DNA of 64,000 nucleotides, from positions 71,096 to 135,095 of the forward strand of contig CACNDL010000003.1 in assembly GCA_902619265.1 (NCBI GenBank). Direction: 5' to 3'. Below, piece after piece: positions 50,601-59,713 of this stretch. The notes beneath the pieces were generated by a model. The model searched no databases. It was not told where the DNA came from and was given only the letters and a program-made list of their open reading frames with translations. Position 1 is the first letter of the stretch, and each line of letters opens with the position of its first letter. The stretch is from an uncultured SAR86 cluster bacterium (GTDB taxonomy: Bacteria; Pseudomonadota; Gammaproteobacteria; Magnimaribacterales; TMED112). The position numbers and the translations under genes are program-made.

Positions 50601-50734
50601 ACTATTTCTTCAGCATTTTGAGATATTATTTTTTCGCTGATCCATTGATGATCATTGATGAGATCAGAAACAAGATTTGTTTCATCTCGATATTTAAGCT
50701 TCTGTAATTCTTTGAAATAGCTATCCGTACTCAT
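47648..50734 (-). CDS. putA: Bifunctional proline dehydrogenase / 1-pyrroline-5-carboxylate dehydrogenase
   Basis: 1028 aa. The N-terminal half has PRODH features (FDMLGEAA, VKGAYWD, LVRRLLENGANSSF). The C-terminal half is an aldehyde dehydrogenase (ETGGQNAM, GQRCSALR). No N-terminal ribbon-helix-helix DNA-binding domain. Confidence 0.9.
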   Translation of the reverse strand: MSTDSYFKELQKLKYRDETNLVSDLINDHQWISEKIISQNAEEIVNRCRQDRNKTRLDNFFLEYGLSNQEGIALMCLAESLLRIPDNETCDEIIEEKIGGKKWLDHFNSSPSLFVNATTFGLFLAEQVVELDKNISANPISWFQGLTSRLGDPILREAIKKGMEILSEEFVSGIDIDDALNKFDQPKVPCSFDMLGEAARTQSDVDFFFNAYEEAIRKVGEKNALLSKSFHEISIKLSAIHPRYEATKKDRVMDELLERVYQLCVQSAAHDIALTIDAEEQDRLELSLHLIENLAKRKDLKDWSGLGLAIQAYGKRAPVVVKFIDELGANRNGMMMRLVKGAYWDQEIKIHQVKGAADLPVFTSKSFTDLNYLSTAKIISDTKNLRPYFATHNAHTIAGIMHLYQGREDQFEFQRIFGMGDLTYRNAQKVYSEFPLTRVYAPVGSKKELLPYLVRRLLENGANSSFVNKYLSKDIPVKEVVKNPIEIATKNLSGKNFLKQVPRPNKIFSDRENSQGFDFGDLMEIENLTKNIAAFDNHDFYACSLLHGEEVIDTYEDKFSPSDQSKKIGRVSYLSKDNLSKINFNNGDDWRKSSVKSRIEVLKKAAILLQDNANLFYALLVKEAGKSLKDCDAEIRESVDFINYYCLQASKIFTPVELESPSGEKNFLSVAPKGNFLCISPWNFPMAIFIGQIAAALVSGNKVLAKPAEDTSLIAFQIVKLFHESGVPESVLQLVIGGKEIGNELTKLNELNGVAFTGSTIAAKSINLNLAKSEGPIKSLIAETGGQNAMFVDSSSLKEQVIDDVIRSAFYSSGQRCSALRVVFVQEDIAQEYWEYLNEAMQEIKVGDPQKPCTDIGPIINKTSISKLQDHVAKLKKQGKEFIETKEKFDKQSFFMNPIAFKIDSIKEIDGEKFGPVLHFISYKTSDLDNLINEINATGFGLTMGVHSRILDKAKQIFDKANVGNFYLNRDIVGAVVGVQPFGGQGLSGTGPKAGGPNYLHSFVTEKTFTDNVMATGGNIDLLTKNNE

Positions 50735-50782
50735 TTTGTTTGGGTATTTTAACTCTTATTGAAAGGTTTTAGAATGACCTTT

Positions 50783-51718
50783 TTAATGCCATCTGGACTT
50801 CGCTTCAGCGAAAGAATCTTTAATTAATTCCCTCAGCCACATACAACCTGGATCTTTGTCATTTAAAACGTGCCAAGCTAGGAAAAACTGTGATGGTGCA
50901 ACTTCAAAAGGTAAAGTTTTATATGCTAAATCATGTTTGTTTGCAAAAGATTTCGTGCACGTTAAAACCATGTCAGTGCTATTCAAGACCTCAGGTGTTA
51001 TCAGATAGTGTTGCGCTCTAAGAATTACTTTTCTATCTAATTGCAATTTAGCTAGAGCATTATCGACTAATGCGCCACCTCTTTTTCTACCAGATATATG
51101 AATATGATCTAAATCTAAATATTGTTCAATTGATAAATTTTTCTCTTTGGCAAGTTCATGATCTTTACGAAAACCACAGACAAATTCATCCTCAAAAATT
51201 AATTCCTTTTTGATGTCTGAGTCAGATGGTGGAAAAGGGTCAACTGCAAAGCATACTTCATTTGCAGCCAATGCATGTTGCAGATCATCTCTTCGAGTGT
51301 AGTAACTACTCAAGCTCACCTTTGGGGCTTGTTTATGCACTTTGTCCATGAGGATTGGTAAAACTCTTCCCTCACTAATATCATTTAGCGAAAGTTTAAA
51401 TGTTCTGCTTGATTCTGCAGGATCAAAAGCATCTGGCGTTTCTAAACTTTTTTGTAAAATTGAAAGCGCTTCTCGAACATGAATAATAATATTCTCTGTT
51501 TTAGCTGTAGGCTGAACACCTTGTCCAACTCTGATAAATAATTGATCATCAAAATAATCTCTTAGCTTTGATAATGCACTACTGACTGCGGGTTGAGTTA
51601 TACCAACAATCTCACCAGCTTTAGTTAAACTCCCTTCTGTATAAATTGCATTGAAAACTACCAGAAGGTTTAAATCGAGATTATTTAATTTCATAAATGG
51701 CTTATAATTATAGAACAC
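50783..51718 (-). CDS. LysR-family transcriptional regulator
   Basis: HTH region [38 protein letters not shown]. The more likely start is the internal Met at 51694 ([11 protein letters not shown]...). Divergent from the acyl-CoA dehydrogenase operon. Confidence 0.85.
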   Translation of the reverse strand: MFYNYKPFMKLNNLDLNLLVVFNAIYTEGSLTKAGEIVGITQPAVSSALSKLRDYFDDQLFIRVGQGVQPTAKTENIIIHVREALSILQKSLETPDAFDPAESSRTFKLSLNDISEGRVLPILMDKVHKQAPKVSLSSYYTRRDDLQHALAANEVCFAVDPFPPSDSDIKKELIFEDEFVCGFRKDHELAKEKNLSIEQYLDLDHIHISGRKRGGALVDNALAKLQLDRKVILRAQHYLITPEVLNSTDMVLTCTKSFANKHDLAYKTLPFEVAPSQFFLAWHVLNDKDPGCMWLRELIKDSFAEAKSRWH

Positions 51719-51732
51719 TATTATAAATAATA
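51719..51732. promoter_or_regulatory. Palindrome TATTAT-AA-ATAATA in the LysR / ACAD divergent region (candidate LysR-type site)
   Basis: Perfect 6+6 inverted repeat read directly from the sequence. Because it is AT-only in an AT-rich genome, chance occurrence is plausible. Confidence 0.25.
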
Positions 51733-51758
51733 CTTATAGTATTTTAGAAGCCTTTATT

Positions 51759-52976
51759 ATGAAATTTGATAGCACAGAAAAAATAGATTTTTATTTACCG
51801 AAAGTACAAAGCTTCATAGATGAAGTTGTTATGCCTGTTGAAATGGATATTCTCAAACAGGATATTCCAGTTAATAAAAGATGGGAACCCCATCCAGAAA
51901 TTGAAGATTTAAAGAAAGAAGCTCGAGATAGAGGCTTATGGAATTTATTTTTACCTGATAGTGATTATGGTGCTGGATTAACGAATTATGAATATGCACA
52001 TCTTGCTGAAGCTATGGGAAGAACACATTTTGCTTCTGAGGCTATGAATTGTAGTGCACCTGACACTGGTAATATGGAAGTGCTTGTTCGTTATGGTTCT
52101 AAAGAACAACAAGATCAATGGTTAAAGCCTTTATTGAATGGTGAAATACGTTCAGCATTCGGGATGACCGAACCTCAAGTTGCGTCGTCTGATGCAACAA
52201 ATATGGAAGCAACTGCTGAATTAGTTGATGGGCACTGGGTTATCAATGGCGAAAAATGGTGGACATCAGGAGCAGGAGATCCACGTTGCAAGATCATTAT
52301 TTTTATGTGTGTCACAAACCCGGAAAATGAAAGACATCAAAGACATTCAATGATACTAATTCCCATGGATACTCCTGGTGTAGAAGTAAAAAGAATGATG
52401 CATGTTTTTGGATATGACGATGCACCTCATGGCCACGCTCATATGAAATTCACCAATGTCAAAGTTCCATATGAAAATGTAATTTTAGGTGAGGGTAGGG
52501 GTTTTGAAATTGCCCAAGGAAGATTAGGTCCTGGCAGAATACATCATTGTATGAGGTCTATCGGAGCTGCTGAAGTTGCTTTTGAATTAATGTGTAAACG
52601 TTCTATGGAGAGAAAAGCTTTTGGTCGAGAATTAGCTCGATTAGGAGGAAACTTCGACGTGATAGCTGACTCAAGAATGGAAATTAATCAGGCCAGATTA
52701 TTAACTTTAGACGCGGCTTGGAAAATGGATAAATATGGTAATAAAGTTGCCGCAAGTGAAATAGCACAAATAAAAGTGGCTGCACCAATAATGGCATGTA
52801 ATGTTATTGATAGGGCTATTCAAATGCATGGTGGTGCTGGTGTAAGCCAAGATTTCCCTCTTGCTAGTATGTACGCGCATATGAGAACTCTAAGACTTGC
52901 AGATGGACCCGATGAGGTTCACAGAAGGAGTATTGCTAGATTGGAATTAGCCAAATTAATGCAAGAAGATAAATGA
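51759..52976 (+). CDS. Acyl-CoA dehydrogenase (ACAD10/11-like subgroup)
   Basis: [51 protein letters not shown]. Confidence 0.85.
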   Translation: MKFDSTEKIDFYLPKVQSFIDEVVMPVEMDILKQDIPVNKRWEPHPEIEDLKKEARDRGLWNLFLPDSDYGAGLTNYEYAHLAEAMGRTHFASEAMNCSAPDTGNMEVLVRYGSKEQQDQWLKPLLNGEIRSAFGMTEPQVASSDATNMEATAELVDGHWVINGEKWWTSGAGDPRCKIIIFMCVTNPENERHQRHSMILIPMDTPGVEVKRMMHVFGYDDAPHGHAHMKFTNVKVPYENVILGEGRGFEIAQGRLGPGRIHHCMRSIGAAEVAFELMCKRSMERKAFGRELARLGGNFDVIADSRMEINQARLLTLDAAWKMDKYGNKVAASEIAQIKVAAPIMACNVIDRAIQMHGGAGVSQDFPLASMYAHMRTLRLADGPDEVHRRSIARLELAKLMQEDK

Positions 52977-53374
52977 AATTCGAAAACAAAGTCTTTCCAA
53001 ATGATGAGCAATTAAATGGCTTTGCCGATAATCTTGAAAAAGGACCAATCAAATTACTTAATCTCATAAAGCTAAAAAAATACGCTGAATATAATGACGG
53101 TCGAGAAACAAACCTTACCGGTCTAGAGGCATACACGCTTTACGGTAAAGAGACCCAAGAGCATTTAAAAAAAGTTGGAGCTAAGGTGGTCTTTATGGGT
53201 CCTGTTTCAAGACTTAACATTGGTGAAGTTGAAGAGTTATGGGATCTTGTTGCAATTGCAGAATACCCTGATCGCGGAGCATTTCTTAAGATGATAAATG
53301 ATCCTGCATATCAAAAAACTAGTGAGCACAGAGAAGCAGCGATAGAAGGTCAGCTTAATATTGAAATTTTGTGA
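52973..53374 (+). CDS. DUF1330 domain protein
   Basis: [32 protein letters not shown] is typical of DUF1330. 4-nt overlaps on both sides. Confidence 0.65.
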   Translation: MKFENKVFPNDEQLNGFADNLEKGPIKLLNLIKLKKYAEYNDGRETNLTGLEAYTLYGKETQEHLKKVGAKVVFMGPVSRLNIGEVEELWDLVAIAEYPDRGAFLKMINDPAYQKTSEHREAAIEGQLNIEIL

Positions 53375-53829
53375 ATAGATTTCTGCCTAAAGAAGCTGAT
53401 AATAATTTTCAGGGTCCTAAAATAGCCTTTTATTTTTTTCTTCTATTTATGGTAGTGAATACTGTAAGAAGTTTCATTCATTTTTTAGCTGAAGATGCTG
53501 GTTTAAACTCAATTGCCAATATCATAATTTTTGAGGGAGACCCTGATCCAAATAAAATTATTTATTTATTTGGTGCTCTTTGGGGAGAGATGCAATTACT
53601 GCTTTGTTTGCTGAGTTGGATTGTAATATTTAGGTACAAAAGCCTAATACCACTGATGTACTTTATTTGGCTGATGGAGTGGATTTTGAGGGCAACAGTT
53701 ATTCGATTCAATCATGGATTAGATGCTTTGTATACTACAGGCCCAACTCCTGGATATGATTATGCTCCTATTGCAATTGGTGTATTATTAGTTTTTTTTG
53801 TAATATCCCTTAGAGTTAAATCTAAATGA
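53371..53829 (+). CDS. Four-TM membrane protein, unknown function
   Basis: 152 aa, hydrophobic. GTG start. 4-nt overlaps with both neighbours. Confidence 0.45.
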   Translation: MNRFLPKEADNNFQGPKIAFYFFLLFMVVNTVRSFIHFLAEDAGLNSIANIIIFEGDPDPNKIIYLFGALWGEMQLLLCLLSWIVIFRYKSLIPLMYFIWLMEWILRATVIRFNHGLDALYTTGPTPGYDYAPIAIGVLLVFFVISLRVKSK

Positions 53830-54878
53830 AACTTTTTAAATACATACTAATTTTTCTAGTTATAGCTCTAGTATCGGTTTATTTTCTTCTTCAAAATCAT
53901 TCTATACAAAATAGGTTGTTTGAAAACACAGTGAGAGGACTATTTCAAGCAGATGAGATCTTTATGAGTGATGCCCTTTCTGTTGCGGTTTGTGGTTCAA
54001 GGGCTCCATTACCAAGTCCTAATCGAGCAGAGACTTGTCTGCTTGTGCAGGCTGGCACTTCAAAATTTATTATAGATACTGGTAGAGGTAGTGCTGACAA
54101 TCTTCAAAGATGGCGAGTGGATTACTCTGATTTAGAGGCTGTAATTTTAAGTCATCTACACTCTGATCACATCAGTGATTTGCATGAAGTTCAATTTCAA
54201 TCTTGGTTGGGAGGTAGAAAAACCCCACTTTCTGTAATCGGGCCTGTTGGAACAGCATCAACAGCTCAAGGATTTGAGCAGGCTTTTGAATTAGATTCTA
54301 TTTATAGAAGTGAGCACCATGGAGCAATATTACCAATTGAGGCATATGGTTATGATGTCGTTGAGTTTGACGGAGATAGTGCTTTAATCTTCCAAAATGA
54401 AGATACCAGTATAACTGCTTTTAAGGTTGATCACTTTCCAGTTGATCCTTCATATGCTTTTAAAATTGAATACAAAGATAGATCAATAGTTTTAAGTGGT
54501 GACACAATTTCATTGGAAGTTATGACAGAGTACTCTAAAGGCGTTGATGTACTTTTTCATGACGCTTTGGCTCTGCCTTTGATACAAGAAATGGAAAGAA
54601 TTTCCAAAGAACTTGGCAATGATATTGTTTCAAAGGTTTTATTCGATATCCAAGACTACCATGCTAATACTATTGAAGTAGCGGATATAGCAAAAAAAGC
54701 AGAAGTAGATTTACTTGTTTTTTATCATCTGATTCCTGCACCTGTAAACTACATTAGTGAACAGATGTTCTTAAGAGGCGTTGATGAAATTTTCAGTAAT
54801 TATCATGTCTCAGAAGACGGTACTTTGGTTTCCCTACCTGCAGGGAGTGATGAAATTTTTATTGATTTAATAGATTAG
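53826..54878 (+). CDS. Metallo-beta-lactamase-fold hydrolase with N-terminal membrane anchor
   Basis: HxHxDH motif (LSHLHSDHISDL). N-terminal TM helix. Confidence 0.75.
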   Translation: MKLFKYILIFLVIALVSVYFLLQNHSIQNRLFENTVRGLFQADEIFMSDALSVAVCGSRAPLPSPNRAETCLLVQAGTSKFIIDTGRGSADNLQRWRVDYSDLEAVILSHLHSDHISDLHEVQFQSWLGGRKTPLSVIGPVGTASTAQGFEQAFELDSIYRSEHHGAILPIEAYGYDVVEFDGDSALIFQNEDTSITAFKVDHFPVDPSYAFKIEYKDRSIVLSGDTISLEVMTEYSKGVDVLFHDALALPLIQEMERISKELGNDIVSKVLFDIQDYHANTIEVADIAKKAEVDLLVFYHLIPAPVNYISEQMFLRGVDEIFSNYHVSEDGTLVSLPAGSDEIFIDLID

Positions 54879-55978
54879 CCGTTATAGGTTACTCGAATAA
54901 TTGAGTCAGCTTGATCGTCAGAAATCAACATGCTGCCATCTTTTAGAATTAATGGTGTGACTGGTCTACCCCATGATGTTTCATTAGACATCCATCCATC
55001 TATAAAAACATCGGCTGATAAAACATTTCCTTCTTCCATTTTCATGAATAGCAATCGATAACCAACTTTCTCTGAACGATTCCAAGACCCATGCTGGGCA
55101 ACAAATGCACCATTTCTGTAATATTCGGGAAAACTTTCGCCAGCATAAAATTTAATCCCCAAAGGGGCAGTATGTGCTTGGAATTCCCAAACAGGTTGTG
55201 AAAAGACAAAATCTTTTGGTGCTTCAAATCCAGTATCTGGGATATTCTTTCCATGGACAAATGGAAAACCAAAGTGATCCCCTGCATTTACCACCCTATT
55301 AAGTTCACAAGGTGGTATATCGTCTCCCATCCAATCTCTCCCATTGTCTGTAAAATACATTTCTTTAGTTTCAGGGTGCCAATCAAAGCCAACGCTGTTG
55401 CGAACCCCATCTGCATGTATACTTAAAATATTATTATCTAGCTTCAAGATTGTTCCGTATCTTGGGTCATCTTCATCACACACATTGCACGGAACACCTT
55501 CAGAAATATAAAGTGCACCATCAGGGCCAAAATCAATCCATTTCCACCCGTGCCATGCTTTTTTGACTGGATTCCACATAGTTTTTCTAGGGAGGTCAGA
55601 AAAGAAAATCTCAGTGGTGATTTGTTCATTTGATACAAGTTTGCTTTCGATATTTTTTACGATATGAATGGTATCTGTCTCTGCTATGTATAAATCCCCA
55701 TTTTTTAATGCAACACCAGTAGGCATATCTAATTCTGTAAGTATGATTGAAACTTTATTGGAGTTATTTTTATCTATGGCGTATACATTGCCGGCGCTTT
55801 TAGTGCCTACGAATATGAAATTATTTCCTTCGACCATTTGTCTTGCATCATCTATTTCAGATACAAATTCTTGAATTTTAAAACCTTCAGGAGCTTGTAA
55901 TTTTGAGATATCTGACCAAGCAAAAAATCCTAGTATTAGATTTAAAATAAGTAAGTTTTTTTTGTCTAAATATGTCAT
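54875..55978 (-). CDS. PQQ-dependent sugar (sorbosone-type) dehydrogenase family protein
   Basis: HGWKWIDFGPDGALYISEGVPCNVC, GVRNSVGFDWHPETKEMYFTDNGRDWMGDDIPPCELN, GDHFGFPFVHG. Confidence 0.8.
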   Translation of the reverse strand: MTYLDKKNLLILNLILGFFAWSDISKLQAPEGFKIQEFVSEIDDARQMVEGNNFIFVGTKSAGNVYAIDKNNSNKVSIILTELDMPTGVALKNGDLYIAETDTIHIVKNIESKLVSNEQITTEIFFSDLPRKTMWNPVKKAWHGWKWIDFGPDGALYISEGVPCNVCDEDDPRYGTILKLDNNILSIHADGVRNSVGFDWHPETKEMYFTDNGRDWMGDDIPPCELNRVVNAGDHFGFPFVHGKNIPDTGFEAPKDFVFSQPVWEFQAHTAPLGIKFYAGESFPEYYRNGAFVAQHGSWNRSEKVGYRLLFMKMEEGNVLSADVFIDGWMSNETSWGRPVTPLILKDGSMLISDDQADSIIRVTYNG

Positions 55979-56061
55979 TTTGTGATAGTCTAAATGCCCA
56001 TTGATTTTAATGCTTTACGCAACATATATGGTAATAGAAAAGCTATTAACAAGGTGAAAAT

Positions 56062-58551
56062 ATGAACAAACTACTACAACTACTTTTTGTGACTTCTTTA
56101 ATAAATGCATATCCAGATATACCGGATGAATTAACAGGAGAAATGTTAAAAGAAATGCCTGCTGAGGTATTAGATGAATTTCTCGATGAGCTTAGGGAAA
56201 CAGATGAAGATTCTGTGACCATAGACAGTTTTTTAGCAGATGGAAAATTCAAAACCCACGAGGGTTTTCTAACAATTCACCAAAGAGAAGGTGAGATTGA
56301 AAGAAGTGATAATGAATTTTACATTGAATTAAAAGATGGACAACTTGATGCAGAATTTATTTACTTTGCGTACGTTTTGAATGCACCTCAAGCTGCTGGT
56401 GTTAGAGGAGGAGCGATTGGTCAAGGAGCTGTATTGGAGTTCAGAAAATTCAAAACAGGCCTAGCTTTGTATAAGAAAAATACTTACTTCTCAAATGAAA
56501 CAGTGAATAACATTGGTAAATCAGATTTAACTAATATTTTAGAAGCTTTTGTGATGAATTTTGATATTGTTGCAGAACAAGATGGCAGAATTGTTATTGA
56601 AGCTGATGATTTATTCATGGAAGAAACGCTAAATAACGTGTCACCAAATCTTCCACCAGAATATAGAAATTTTGTTGCCTTAAATTTAGGTAGATTAGAT
56701 TCAGATAAAACTTTTGTTGAACAAGTCAGAAATTATCCAAAAAATACTGCAGTGGAAGTGAATTTTGGTTTCGAAAATAGTAACCCTAACCAAAGAAGAG
56801 CTGTTTATGCGGTTTCAGATGCAAGATATACCTCTATCTCAGCAAGACATCTATTTGTAGAAATGCCCGACGATCAATTTGAACCAAGAGTTGCTGACCA
56901 AAGAGTAGGTTATTTTTCTCAGAGAGTAACAGATATGTCTACTTACGATAATTATCCACAAAGGGATCTAATTAATAAATGGAGATTAATTAAAAAAGAT
57001 CCAACAGCTGAATTATCAGAGCCAGTAGAACCTATTGTTTTTTGGGTCGATAAAGCAACACCGGAAGAAATTAAACCTATGGTTGTTAAAGGTATAGAAG
57101 TTTGGAATTTGGCTTATGAAAGAGCGGGCTTCAAGAATGCTGTAGTTGCTAAAGTTCAGCCTGATGATTCAGAATGGGATGCAGGTGATATTCAATATAA
57201 CGTAGTGAGATGGTCTTCATCTCCTGAGCCAGGTTTTTCTGGTTATGGTCCTAGCATTGGTAATCCAAGAACTGGTGAATTAATAGCTGCAGATATAGTC
57301 CAAGAATTTAACGCAATTAAAAGAGGCTATAACTATAGAAAACTTTGGGGCTGGACTCCTGAAAATGATCCTCTTGAGCAGTGGATCATAAGCCTGACTA
57401 TGCATGAAGTAGGCCATACTATCGGATTGCGACATAACTTCAGTGCAAGCTATCTATACGGCCCAAGAGAAGTGCATGACAAAAGCATCACTGGTAATAC
57501 CACAATTGCTTCAATCATGGATTACGACCCAATCAATATTGCTCCTCCAGGCTTGGAGCAAGGAAATTACTTTCCGACAGAACCGGGTGAATACGATAGA
57601 TGGGCTATTGAGTTTGCCTATAAACCAAACTTAACAGATGAAGAGAGAGCAGAGTTGTTAGCGTTATCGGTATTGCCTGCATACAGATATGGTACTGATG
57701 GTGACGCAATGGGTACGCCAGGTAGAAACATTGACCCTAGAACGAGAAGGGGCGATATGTCTAATGATGTTGTGACATATACAGCCGATAGATTTATTAC
57801 ATTAGATAATAAAATAGCTGAACTTCCGGAAATTTATGCAGATGAGGGTGAAACTAAAAACGATTTTACCAATTCTTTCTATAGTCTTGTAAGTGACAAA
57901 GGTAGATTTATGGATATTGTTGCTGGCCAAGTAGGCGGCGTTTACGTTACCAGACTTGTTAATGGGCAAGATGAGGTAAATGCTTATGAACCTGTCCCTT
58001 ATGAAAAGCAAAAAGCAGCAATGAATTTGATCACTACAAAATTCTTTGCCAACGGTGTTTGGACTTTTGATCCAAAAATTCTTAAAAATTTACAAAGAGA
58101 AAAAAGAGCTACAAGTTATTCTAGCGGTGGGAATGAAGACCCACAATTACACGATATGGTATTAGGGATGCAGGGAAGAGTATTGGCATCACTATTGCAT
58201 CCAAACGTTATGACTAGGCTAGTAGATTCAGGTCAATACGGTAATACCTACATGCCAGCTGAGGTTCTACAAGATCTGTTTGATGGCATTTTTGTCAAAG
58301 GAGAAACACCTGATACTTTCAAAAGAAATCTACAATCGGTTTATGTGGATGGCTTAATCAGTGTATTTGCTGAGGATAGTAGATATGACGATATAGCTAA
58401 AGCCTCTGTTTTTAGTTCCCTTGTTGATATACAAAAATTCACCAAAGGCACATCTAGAGACCCTGGAGTGAAAGCGCATTATCAATATTTAAACTGGAAA
58501 GTTTCTAACTTTCTAGATGGTAAGGTATTTAATCTTCTAGAAGAGGAGTAG
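56062..58551 (+). CDS. Secreted zinc-dependent metalloprotease (DUF5117/DUF4953-type)
   Basis: Signal peptide. Zinc motif HEVGHTIGLRHNF. 829 aa. AAGGTGA lies before the ATG. Confidence 0.75.
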   Translation: MNKLLQLLFVTSLINAYPDIPDELTGEMLKEMPAEVLDEFLDELRETDEDSVTIDSFLADGKFKTHEGFLTIHQREGEIERSDNEFYIELKDGQLDAEFIYFAYVLNAPQAAGVRGGAIGQGAVLEFRKFKTGLALYKKNTYFSNETVNNIGKSDLTNILEAFVMNFDIVAEQDGRIVIEADDLFMEETLNNVSPNLPPEYRNFVALNLGRLDSDKTFVEQVRNYPKNTAVEVNFGFENSNPNQRRAVYAVSDARYTSISARHLFVEMPDDQFEPRVADQRVGYFSQRVTDMSTYDNYPQRDLINKWRLIKKDPTAELSEPVEPIVFWVDKATPEEIKPMVVKGIEVWNLAYERAGFKNAVVAKVQPDDSEWDAGDIQYNVVRWSSSPEPGFSGYGPSIGNPRTGELIAADIVQEFNAIKRGYNYRKLWGWTPENDPLEQWIISLTMHEVGHTIGLRHNFSASYLYGPREVHDKSITGNTTIASIMDYDPINIAPPGLEQGNYFPTEPGEYDRWAIEFAYKPNLTDEERAELLALSVLPAYRYGTDGDAMGTPGRNIDPRTRRGDMSNDVVTYTADRFITLDNKIAELPEIYADEGETKNDFTNSFYSLVSDKGRFMDIVAGQVGGVYVTRLVNGQDEVNAYEPVPYEKQKAAMNLITTKFFANGVWTFDPKILKNLQREKRATSYSSGGNEDPQLHDMVLGMQGRVLASLLHPNVMTRLVDSGQYGNTYMPAEVLQDLFDGIFVKGETPDTFKRNLQSVYVDGLISVFAEDSRYDDIAKASVFSSLVDIQKFTKGTSRDPGVKAHYQYLNWKVSNFLDGKVFNLLEEE

Positions 58552-58557
58552 TAACTT

Positions 58558-58634
58558 AGACCCGTAGCTCAGTTGGCTAGAGCGCTGCCTTGACATGGCA
58601 GAGGTCGTTGGTTCAAGTCCAATCGGGTCTACCA
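58558..58634 (+). tRNA. tRNA-Val (anticodon GAC), encoded CCA
   Basis: Folds by hand. Acceptor AGACCCG/CGGGTCT. D arm AGCTCAGTTGGCTAGAGC. Anticodon stem CTGCC/GGCAG with loop TTGACAT. T loop GGTTCAAGTCC. Confidence 0.85.
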
Positions 58635-58639
58635 ATTTT

Positions 58640-59497
58640 TCAATTTAATAAGATTTGAGCTGCTGCTCTAGACATTCTAGAGTTGCTATGGGCAACCCCG
58701 TTTACGATTTGAAAACTCCAATTAAATTCCAGTTTATTTTGATCGACAATCTTTTGGGTGTAACTAAAAAAGTTATTTGCTCGCTGAAATCTATTAGCAC
58801 CTTGATTATTAGCTCCATTTGACTGATTTACAGAGGATGTAATATCTGTATCAGCGGACCCTATCAGCACATGAAAGTCCATTTGTAAAAAGTCTCTTAC
58901 GTTAGATGAGTTAAAGTTAATTGGAGGATTAGAGAGACCATAAGGGAAGTTTGAGCCATCTAAGAAGGTATACCATCCTGCATTTGCAGCCACAGCAGTC
59001 TTAACCTTGGGTTTATCTGACATAAGTAGATAGCGGTGAACAAACTGAGCACCAGCTGAATGTCCGTAAATATTATACAATTCTTGCGATAGTGAAAACT
59101 TCGACTTTATAAAATCGAAAAGTATATCAATCGAATTATTAAGGTATAAATTTTTATCAGTACGTATTCTTCCGCTTGAAGTAGACATTTGTAGGGTATT
59201 AAAGCTAATAAATGAAGTTCTCTTAAAATGAGGAGCAAAAATAGCTATATTTTGACCCTTAGCTAACTTTATCCAGGTATTCAGATAGTCATCTGCATTT
59301 CTAGAATTACCATGTATCACAAATAGAATTTTTGTGTTGTTATCAATTGTATTAGGAAGATGATAAAAAACGTCTAAATCTGGTTTATTCCAGGAAGTAA
59401 AAGTAAATTTATCTAATTTAGCAGCATATAGATTAGTTGTAATAGAAAAAATAAATATAAAAATAGAAAAATTGAAAAAATTTAACCTCATAATCAT
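58640..59497 (-). CDS. Secreted alpha/beta hydrolase (esterase / depolymerase-like)
   Basis: Signal peptide. VIHGNSRNADDY. Nucleophile elbow GHSAGAQF. C-terminal VAHS. Confidence 0.65.
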   Translation of the reverse strand: MIMRLNFFNFSIFIFIFSITTNLYAAKLDKFTFTSWNKPDLDVFYHLPNTIDNNTKILFVIHGNSRNADDYLNTWIKLAKGQNIAIFAPHFKRTSFISFNTLQMSTSSGRIRTDKNLYLNNSIDILFDFIKSKFSLSQELYNIYGHSAGAQFVHRYLLMSDKPKVKTAVAANAGWYTFLDGSNFPYGLSNPPINFNSSNVRDFLQMDFHVLIGSADTDITSSVNQSNGANNQGANRFQRANNFFSYTQKIVDQNKLEFNWSFQIVNGVAHSNSRMSRAAAQILLN

Positions 59498-59538
59498 ATT
59501 TTAACAAGCTTAAGAAAAATAATGTATATAAATAGATA

Positions 59539-59713
59539 TTGAACACTTTAGATCTATAAAAGCATGATTAAAAATGGGTTTTATAGCTTTTTTATAAATA
59601 TTTTGAACATTTTAGTAGTAAATTATCAGTTAAATTATAATTTTGAACATTATAAAGGTAATATTTGAACACTTATTATAGTTTTGAACACAATAATTTA
59701 GAAATTTGAACAC
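59539..59713 (+). repeat. Array of six direct copies of TTGAACA[C/T] (extended consensus about WTTTGAACAYT)
   Basis: Copies start at 59539, 59603, 59643, 59665, 59684 and 59706, all on the + strand. ATTTTGAACATT occurs twice and ATTTGAACACT twice. The array lies in the 361-bp gap between divergent hydrolase genes. Confidence 0.75.

Noticed and set aside
59564-59668. 34-codon ORF (MIKNGFYSFFINILNILVVNYQLNYNFEHYKGNI) spanning repeats 2 and 3
   Set aside because: The two repeat copies fall in different reading frames of this ORF. There is no ribosome-binding site and the composition is purely AT-driven. The repeats are therefore not explained by coding.
59539-59713. CRISPR array
   Set aside because: The repeat unit is only about 8-12 bp and the spacers are irregular (11-56 bp) and AT-only. 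There is no leader or cas gene context. This is not CRISPR geometry.
59539-59713. LexA-type GAAC direct repeats (alphaproteobacterial GAAC-N7-GAAC) or Cheo box GAAC-N4-GTTC
   Set aside because: GAAC cores are 19-64 bp apart, not 7 or 4, and there is no inverted partner. The gene context is gammaproteobacterial.
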